From: Actinomycetes bacterium
GTDB lineage: Bacteria; Actinomycetota; Acidimicrobiia; Acidimicrobiales; Acidimicrobiaceae
Direction of reading: 5' to 3'
NCBI GenBank assembly: GCA_021799035.1
Contig: JAJZBG010000001.1
Location: forward strand, 50,706 to 114,705
Length of the DNA: 64,000 nucleotides
Shown: positions 58,111 through 64,000 of the stretch, one piece after another
Position numbering within the stretch: position 1 is the first letter of the stretch
Layout of the letters: every line of letters starts with the position of its first letter
Translations under genes and position numbers: made by a program
The notes under the pieces: model-generated
Seen by the model: only the letters and a program-made list of their open reading frames with translations
The model's database searches: none
What the model was told of the DNA's origin: nothing

Positions 58111-58962
58111 ATGGGTATCACTGAAAAATCGATAGGTCGGATTTCGGGACTCGCCTCACCTAAATTTTTGGCTAGGGAGAGATATGTAGAGTTGGATGGC
58201 TTTTGGACAGAGATATTTCCACTGGGTAGAGTCCAATTAGGATCCGTTGTCTTGTTCGAAGGGGCATTGAACTCCGGAGTGACATCAGCAGTTTTTGAGT
58301 TCCTTTCTGCTGGCGGCATGCGAAGAAGATGGATCGCTCTTGTCGGTTTTGAGAATCTTGGCTTTCTTGCCGCTTTCGAAAGAGGGGTGGATCTTGGGAA
58401 AGTCGTATCTGTACCTGATCCAGGGAGGAGTCTAGGTCAGGTTGTTGCTGTTCTGATAGAGGCTTTTCCGGTTGTCGTAATTGCAAATCCCAGGTTTATA
58501 TCTTTCTCGCAGGCGCGCAATCTGGTATCAAGAATCAGGATGAACAACTCGATCATGGTTGTTGTGCAGAGGGATCTTTACGGAGTTGCAGGTCAGATTC
58601 CCGCAGTAGGGGACAGCGACAATATTGCAGGACCTTTCGAGCATGGAAGATCAATCGGAAGTGGCATAGCGAATGGTGATGTTGGCATCGATTCAAGATG
58701 TGTGTCGGCCCAGGGGAAAGAGCGAGCGGCTCCATTAATTGTCCAGCGGGACCCCTTTCTTTTAAGGCCGGGGAAAGGTGCGTCAAACACGCGCGATAGG
58801 GGATTCTGGCCAGGCTCCTATGACTACTTGGTCAAGTCTTCAATGGCTGGTTTCTCCGGTGTGGATCAAGGCAGTGGCTTTATTAGAGAGTGCAGCCTGT
58901 CTCTTTCGGTGGGCAGCAAGCGTGATGGCGATCGAACAAAGAGCGTCACCATCCTGATCTGA
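58111..58962 (+). CDS. imuA': ImuA'-like mutasome accessory protein (degenerate RecA/SulA-like fold)
   Basis: GALNSGVTSAVFEFLSAGGMRRRWIALVGFENLGFLAAFERGVDLGKVVSVPDPG resembles actinobacterial ImuA'. Positioned directly upstream of imuB and behind an SOS box. Confidence 0.65.
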   Translation: MGITEKSIGRISGLASPKFLARERYVELDGFWTEIFPLGRVQLGSVVLFEGALNSGVTSAVFEFLSAGGMRRRWIALVGFENLGFLAAFERGVDLGKVVSVPDPGRSLGQVVAVLIEAFPVVVIANPRFISFSQARNLVSRIRMNNSIMVVVQRDLYGVAGQIPAVGDSDNIAGPFEHGRSIGSGIANGDVGIDSRCVSAQGKERAAPLIVQRDPFLLRPGKGASNTRDRGFWPGSYDYLVKSSMAGFSGVDQGSGFIRECSLSLSVGSKRDGDRTKSVTILI

Positions 58963-58973
58963 GTTATTTAATA

Positions 58974-60656
58974 ATGCCGAAAAAGACATCTCAACATAAG
59001 CTTCGTCAATCTAGATATTCGCTATTTGATCAGGTGGAACATCAAGTAGCTCCGAGAGTGCTTCTAGTTGAATTTTTCAACTGGCCTTTTATGTCTATTG
59101 AATCGAGGGATGCAGACCCTTTGGCCGTTGTCGTTGAAAATGGAGTAGTCATCAACGCATCGCCCCAGGCTTTGAAGTCTGGGATCAAGATGGGAGATAA
59201 GTTGAGAACGGCGGCATCTGCAGAACCCGGCTTGAGGGTTGTCTCTGCCGACATGGTTGATCAAGACGGCTTATTTGCCAAGATTGCTAGTGTATTGGAG
59301 CGGTTCTCTCCTTTGATTGAGATAGTTGATCTCGGGATCTGTGCGACCACCGCCAAAGGCCCTTCCAGATACTTTGGTGGCGAAGAAAGGCTTGCTTTAG
59401 GGGTTAAAGAAGCAATGGAGGATCAGATTGTAAAGGTCTTTCCCGGGGCCAGGGAGCTGCGGAGCCGAGCTGCTGATCCATTTGCCCCAGGTTCGATCTT
59501 CTCTTTTGGGATTTCCATTGCTGACGGAATTTTTACAGCTCAAATAGCTGCTAGAGAGTCGCTTATCGTACCACCAGGGGAGAGCGGATCATTTCTGGCT
59601 CCACTTTCGATCAAGGAACTACCTGACTATGAGATTGCCGACACGCTCTATCGCTTAGGAGTGCGATCTTTCGGCGAGTTTGTGGATCTGGATTTCAATC
59701 TGGTTCTGGAGAGATTTGGACCCAGAGGGGCGCTTTTGCATCGGATGGCTGCGGGACTCGACACATCTTCGCTGGAGCCAAGCGAAATAAAAGAAGAGCT
59801 TGTTCAAAAGATCGAACTGCCGGATCCTTTGGAGACCGCTTCTGCCGTCATCTTTGCGTGCAAGGCGAGGGTTGAAGAGATGCTAAGACGTCTTTTGGAA
59901 AGTGGACACCTATGCCAGGTCATGAGGGTTCGTCTTGTCAGTGAAAACGGGGAAGAGTCTGTCAGGGATTGGGGAGCGAGGGATGGATTCTCGGTCCAGC
60001 TCCTCTTGGAGCGAATAAGGTGGCAGCTTGAAGCATGGTCTACCAATTCCATACTGGCTCCATCAGCCGGTATTGAGATCGTCGAGCTAAGGCCGCAGAG
60101 AATAGTGTCGTCCCTCAGAGTTCAGCTGGGTCTTGATGGGAGCGAAAGGTCGTCCGTGGCCAAAGTTTCCCAAGCTCTTTCCAGGGTTGATGCAATTGTC
60201 GGCAAGAGGTCGTCTATTGCCAGGATAAAAGGATCCAGAACTCCAAAGGGAAGTGTTGAGATGGTGCCATGGCAACTCCATCTTTTCGATCTTGATGAGG
60301 AAAGAGAGCGTAAGTCAAGAGAGGCATCCCCTTGGCCGGGAAAGATGATGAGCCCATCGCCTGCTGTCTGCTTCGATCCTGAGATAGAGATCGTTCTTTC
60401 CACCATAGAGGGGGCTTTGGTTAGTGTTTCGGCCAATGCCGTTCTTCTTGGAGATCCCTGTTGGATAAGCATTCGGAATACGGGAAGAACGGCGAGAGTC
60501 TTAAAGTGGTCATCAGCATGGCCGATGATGGAGAGGTGGTGGGATCCAAAGGATTCGATCAAGGTGGTCAGGATTCAGATAGTTACAGATGTCCTGGGTG
60601 CGCTGTTGGTCAAAAGTTCGGGTGGCAAATGGTTCATTGAAGGTTCATACGACTGA
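58974..60656 (+). CDS. imuB: ImuB, catalytically inactive Y-family polymerase-like mutasome subunit
   Basis: 560 aa with a Y-family-like fold. The N-terminal block is LLVEFFNWPFMSIE where active DinB has hvDmDaFfAsvE, so the catalytic Asp pair is missing. Confidence 0.85.
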   Translation: MPKKTSQHKLRQSRYSLFDQVEHQVAPRVLLVEFFNWPFMSIESRDADPLAVVVENGVVINASPQALKSGIKMGDKLRTAASAEPGLRVVSADMVDQDGLFAKIASVLERFSPLIEIVDLGICATTAKGPSRYFGGEERLALGVKEAMEDQIVKVFPGARELRSRAADPFAPGSIFSFGISIADGIFTAQIAARESLIVPPGESGSFLAPLSIKELPDYEIADTLYRLGVRSFGEFVDLDFNLVLERFGPRGALLHRMAAGLDTSSLEPSEIKEELVQKIELPDPLETASAVIFACKARVEEMLRRLLESGHLCQVMRVRLVSENGEESVRDWGARDGFSVQLLLERIRWQLEAWSTNSILAPSAGIEIVELRPQRIVSSLRVQLGLDGSERSSVAKVSQALSRVDAIVGKRSSIARIKGSRTPKGSVEMVPWQLHLFDLDEERERKSREASPWPGKMMSPSPAVCFDPEIEIVLSTIEGALVSVSANAVLLGDPCWISIRNTGRTARVLKWSSAWPMMERWWDPKDSIKVVRIQIVTDVLGALLVKSSGGKWFIEGSYD

Positions 60657-60849
60657 CACCTCATTCCATGCATTGGCAACTTCAAATAGCTGGAATAACC
60701 AGCAGAAATGCACTGACGAGGCCTTGTCTCAACCCTAATGCCGACTCTAGAATAAACCTGGACACAAAAAACCACTGCCTCAGCCTGGCAAGTGGCCGAT
60801 TTTCGAGCCGACCGATTCGAAAGGCTGACTCTCTACGAGAGGAGAGTGG

Positions 60850-61050
60850 ATGAAGCGAGGTTTACCTCTTGACAGCCTGCATTTTCACTGGAAGCCGCCG
60901 TCCTTTTCGCTGAAACAGCAAGATCACAGACGGTTCCAGACACACTTTTCCTTGCGAATCCAGCCATTGTTTGACATCGCCATGGAAAGCCAAAGCGTCA
61001 TATTTCGGAGAGCGCAAGGAATCGCCAGATTTAACGTGGTGAGGCACTGA
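60850..61050 (+). CDS. candidate 66-codon ORF translationally coupled to the radical SAM gene (unverified)
   Basis: AGGAG 5 nt before the ATG. The stop overlaps the radical SAM start (TGATG). I recognise no homology, and the composition (H/F/R/Q-rich) is not diagnostic. Confidence 0.25.
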   Translation: MKRGLPLDSLHFHWKPPSFSLKQQDHRRFQTHFSLRIQPLFDIAMESQSVIFRRAQGIARFNVVRH

Positions 61051-62903
61051 TGGCCGCATCCTTGCGCAAGGCCCTCAGGCGCGTATTCGGCCTTGACATG
61101 GTCTTGCTTCATGCACCCTCTGTCTGGGATTTCCGCAATGAGGTGATCCTCCAAGGTCCGCTCGCGGACGTAATTCCCTCCACTGATGAATTCGAGATGT
61201 ATCCGATTGGGCTAACCAGCATTGCAAGCTACCTGGAGGCAAACAACTACAACATCAGGATTGTGAATCTCGCACTGAGGATGCTCCGCAACCCGGAATT
61301 TGACGTGGCTGCCCACATTGCCGGCCTTGACTCAGGCCTTTTCGGGATCGATCTTCACTGGCTCCCGCACGCAAATGGAGCGCTTGGAATCGCGCAACTG
61401 GTCAAAGAGATCCACCCTGATGCAAAAGTGCTTATGGGGGGACTATCTGCCAGCTACTTTCACGAGGAGTTGATCAAGAGCCCCGCCGTCGACTTTGTCA
61501 TTCGAGGGGACTCGGCGGAAGAGCCCTGTCGGCAACTTCTGCAGGCGTTGAGGGAGGGAACATCTCTTGAGACGGTTGAGAACCTTACATGGAAGACGCC
61601 ATACGGAAGCGTGGTGGAGAATCCAACCAGCTTCATACCAGAAGATCTGGATTGGATCGACGTCCCTGCCTATGACTTCATGACCCATGCCGTGTTCAAA
61701 TACATGTCGCTCGCCGACTTCCTTCCATATCTGGAGTGGCTGCGGTATCCGTCAACGATGCTTCTCAACTCTCGTGGATGCACTTACGATTGCGCAATAT
61801 GTGGTGGGTCGCGTTCCGGATACTCATTGGTGACAGCGAGGCGTGCACCTGCAATGCGTTCCCCGGAAAAGCTCGTCTCTGATGCCAAGCGGATATCCAC
61901 ATTTTCGAGAGCCCCTATCTTCCTGGTCCATGATCCGCGAATAGGCGGGATTCCCCGCGCGAAGCAATTTTTCAGTCTTTTCAAGATGGCAGGAATTTCA
62001 AACGAGCTTGTTATCGAGATCTTCTATCCTGCGGACTCGGATTTCTTCACGATGGTCAGAGAGTCGGCCAGGTCTTGGAGTCTTCAGATAACGATCGAAT
62101 CTCCGGATCCTGGCATCCGTAGGGTCAATGGAAAGTTTCCGGTTCCAAACGAGGTAGTCGAGAGGACTATCGAGGCTGCTCTTCATGGAGGGTGCGACAA
62201 GCTTGACTTGTTCTTTATGGTTGGCTTGTCAGGTCAGACTGCTGAGATCGCCCGATCTACTGTTGACTACTGCGGTCACTTGGTAGATCGATTCGGAGCT
62301 GATCCAAGGCTGCAGTTCTACGTGGCTCCGCTGGGCCCATTCCTAGATCCTGGGAGCCGGGCTTTTGAGCGCCCAGAGCTTGGTTACCACCACCGATTCA
62401 CTACTTTGGATCAGCATCGCTGGGCTCTGCTTGGTCCGACTTGGAGAGAGATGCTCTCTTATGAGACCGATTGGATGAGCAGAGACGAGATCGTGTCAGT
62501 CACCTATGAGGTTGGCGCAGCATTAAATGATCTGAAGTACAAGTCAGGGCTGATCGATTCTAAGACGCACGATGTTGTTTCCGCACATTTTGACATTGCC
62601 CAGGCTACATTTCCCAAGCTCGATGCAATAGAGCATCTCGATGAGCCGGAAAGGAGCGAGGCGCTCCAGGAGCTGGCAGCACAGGTAAGTGCGGCAAATA
62701 CCGCCACCCTGGTTGGTGAGGATGAGCTTAAGTGGAAGACCTCGACGGGGTTTCGAGTTAGCTGGGTTTTGGCTCGGCACATAGCGGTGGCCCTTCCTCA
62801 CGAGCTTGGTCGTTCGTTTTCGAGGTTATTGGGGCATTATGACAGGTCGGTAGCTGATGTGAGGAGCCTGGAGCCTTTTTCGCCCCGGAATTCGCGCACG
62901 TGA
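61050..62903 (+). CDS. B12-binding-domain / radical SAM (class B-type) protein with ~230-aa C-terminal extension
   Basis: N-terminal B12-binding-like Rossmann region (MYPIGLTSIASYLEANNYNIRIVNL...HWLPH), then the radical SAM cluster motif CTYDCAIC (CX3CX2C). 617 aa. Confidence 0.85.
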   Translation: MAASLRKALRRVFGLDMVLLHAPSVWDFRNEVILQGPLADVIPSTDEFEMYPIGLTSIASYLEANNYNIRIVNLALRMLRNPEFDVAAHIAGLDSGLFGIDLHWLPHANGALGIAQLVKEIHPDAKVLMGGLSASYFHEELIKSPAVDFVIRGDSAEEPCRQLLQALREGTSLETVENLTWKTPYGSVVENPTSFIPEDLDWIDVPAYDFMTHAVFKYMSLADFLPYLEWLRYPSTMLLNSRGCTYDCAICGGSRSGYSLVTARRAPAMRSPEKLVSDAKRISTFSRAPIFLVHDPRIGGIPRAKQFFSLFKMAGISNELVIEIFYPADSDFFTMVRESARSWSLQITIESPDPGIRRVNGKFPVPNEVVERTIEAALHGGCDKLDLFFMVGLSGQTAEIARSTVDYCGHLVDRFGADPRLQFYVAPLGPFLDPGSRAFERPELGYHHRFTTLDQHRWALLGPTWREMLSYETDWMSRDEIVSVTYEVGAALNDLKYKSGLIDSKTHDVVSAHFDIAQATFPKLDAIEHLDEPERSEALQELAAQVSAANTATLVGEDELKWKTSTGFRVSWVLARHIAVALPHELGRSFSRLLGHYDRSVADVRSLEPFSPRNSRT

Positions 62904-62920
62904 ATATTTCCATGAAGTTA

Positions 62921-62936
62921 TCGAACATATGTTCGA
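62921..62936. promoter_or_regulatory. LexA SOS box (perfect consensus) at the dnaE2 promoter
   Basis: TCGAACATATGTTCGA, abutting the -10-like TAGTAT, with the GTG 6 nt further on. Confidence 0.85.
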
Positions 62937-62948
62937 TAGTATGTGAGA

Positions 62949-64000
62949 GTGGAAGGTTATGCGGAGCTTCACTGTCATTCGAACTTCAGCTTTTTAGATG
63001 GAGCTAGCGATCCGGAAGAGCTTGTAAAGGCTGCCTCTCTGCTTGGACTCTCTGCACTTGCGATAACTGACCATAACGGGCTTTATGCGGTTCCTCGCTT
63101 TGCGGCTGCAGCGAGGCTGTGTAAGTTGCCGACCGTCTACGGAGCCGAGCTAACACTAGAGAGCAGCATTCCTAGGGATAAGATGATCGATCCCCCCGGC
63201 GATCATCTGGTTGTGCTGGCAAAAGGGCCTAAAGGTTACAGCTCTCTTTCAAAAGTGATTTCGGCTGGGCACATGGCCAACAGAGAGAAAGGAAGTTTTG
63301 AGCTTTCCTATGAGGGTCTTGCATCTGCCAACTCCGGGGATTGGATGATTCTCACCGGATGTCGCAAGGGGCCTATTTCCAGGGCTCTTTTTGAACATGG
63401 TCCGGCGACAGCAAGAAATCGGCTTGCATACCTTTGCGATCTATTCGGCAAGGACAAGGTATTTGTCGAGTGTTGGGACCATGCTGACCCTTTAGACGAG
63501 CCACGCAACATGGAGCTTGTCCAAATTGCCACCTCCCTGGGAGTGGAGCTGGTGGCAACCAACAATGTTCACTATGCCTCAAGGGACTCTGCGCGGCTCC
63601 ATCAGATTCTTATGGCCATAAGGTCAAATAAATCTATCGACGCGATAGAAGGCTGGCTTCCTTCGTACCCGATGGCAAACCTTCGCTCCGCCAAGGAGCA
63701 GCTTAGGCGTTTTAGTAGGTTTCCCACCCTTGTCCAGAATGCCCATGATCTCGGCATCGAGTGTGCTTTCGATCTTGAGCTGATAGCTCCCAAGCTTCCC
63801 GATTTCTTGGTCCCACAGGGTCACGATGAGATGAGTTTTTTAAGAGAGCTCACATACAGCATGGCTCCAGCGAGATACGGTCCGAGGGATAACCCCCGGG
63901 TGCATGGCGCTTACGACCAGCTGGACTACGAACTAAATATCATATCCCAGCTTGGATTTGCAGGTTATTTTCTTATTGTTTGGGATATCGTTGAGTTCTG
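62949..64000 (+). CDS. dnaE2: error-prone DNA polymerase III alpha-like DnaE2, N-terminal (PHP domain) part; continues beyond the window
   Basis: My own translation gives VEGYAELHCHSNFSFLDGASDPEELV...ALAITDHNGLYAVPRF...VATNNVHYA...GFAGYFLIVWDIVEF. The frame is open to the window end (not in the ORF track because it has no stop). Confidence 0.9.
   Translation, partial: MEGYAELHCHSNFSFLDGASDPEELVKAASLLGLSALAITDHNGLYAVPRFAAAARLCKLPTVYGAELTLESSIPRDKMIDPPGDHLVVLAKGPKGYSSLSKVISAGHMANREKGSFELSYEGLASANSGDWMILTGCRKGPISRALFEHGPATARNRLAYLCDLFGKDKVFVECWDHADPLDEPRNMELVQIATSLGVELVATNNVHYASRDSARLHQILMAIRSNKSIDAIEGWLPSYPMANLRSAKEQLRRFSRFPTLVQNAHDLGIECAFDLELIAPKLPDFLVPQGHDEMSFLRELTYSMAPARYGPRDNPRVHGAYDQLDYELNIISQLGFAGYFLIVWDIVEF

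Noticed and set aside
60657-61049. Possible cobalamin riboswitch upstream of the B12-binding radical SAM gene
   Set aside because: Only a CCACTG string is present. I could not find the conserved GGGAA / GGTG..CC / B12-box core elements. An Rfam scan would settle it, but by eye it does not fit.
1-64000. CRISPR arrays, rRNA/tRNA genes, prophage or toxin-antitoxin/defence modules
   Set aside because: Scanning by eye found no regularly spaced repeats, no rRNA-like or cloverleaf-compatible segments, and no phage, integrase or typical defence-gene motifs. A computational scan could still find small elements I missed.

Overview
Chromosomal, housekeeping-rich segment that looks like an Actinomycetota genome of moderate GC. 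The lineage call rests on a mycothiol-type DinB/MDMPI protein, an ImuA'/ImuB/DnaE2 mutasome, TCGAAC-N4-GTTCGA LexA boxes, a suf system with a Rieske partner, and leaderless-type starts. I call about 58 protein genes. I saw no rRNA, tRNA, CRISPR array, transposase or integrase. Content: NAD salvage (pncB plus an orphan NrtR-like wHTH), lgt, fumC, aceE, thiE, rnhA, several acyl-CoA enzymes, two OmpR-type two-component systems (one with an HtrA protease), a fused asymmetric ABC exporter and an Asp-box lipoprotein. Two loci stand out. (1) At 58.08-64.0 kb there is an SOS-controlled imuA'-imuB ... dnaE2 cassette whose two promoters carry identical perfect LexA boxes in the same leaderless geometry. 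It is interrupted by a B12-binding-domain radical SAM gene preceded by a translationally coupled 66-codon ORF. This is the best candidate for an undescribed damage-linked function. (2) The Fe-S assembly (suf) system is split and partly duplicated. sufB ends at its own terminator and is followed by 6.3 kb of unrelated genes before sufD-Rieske-sufC. A second sufC-sufS-sufU unit lies convergent to these, fused to an MBL-hydrolase/nitroreductase pair. Functional calls come from motif recognition by eye on the supplied translations. No database search or computation was possible.
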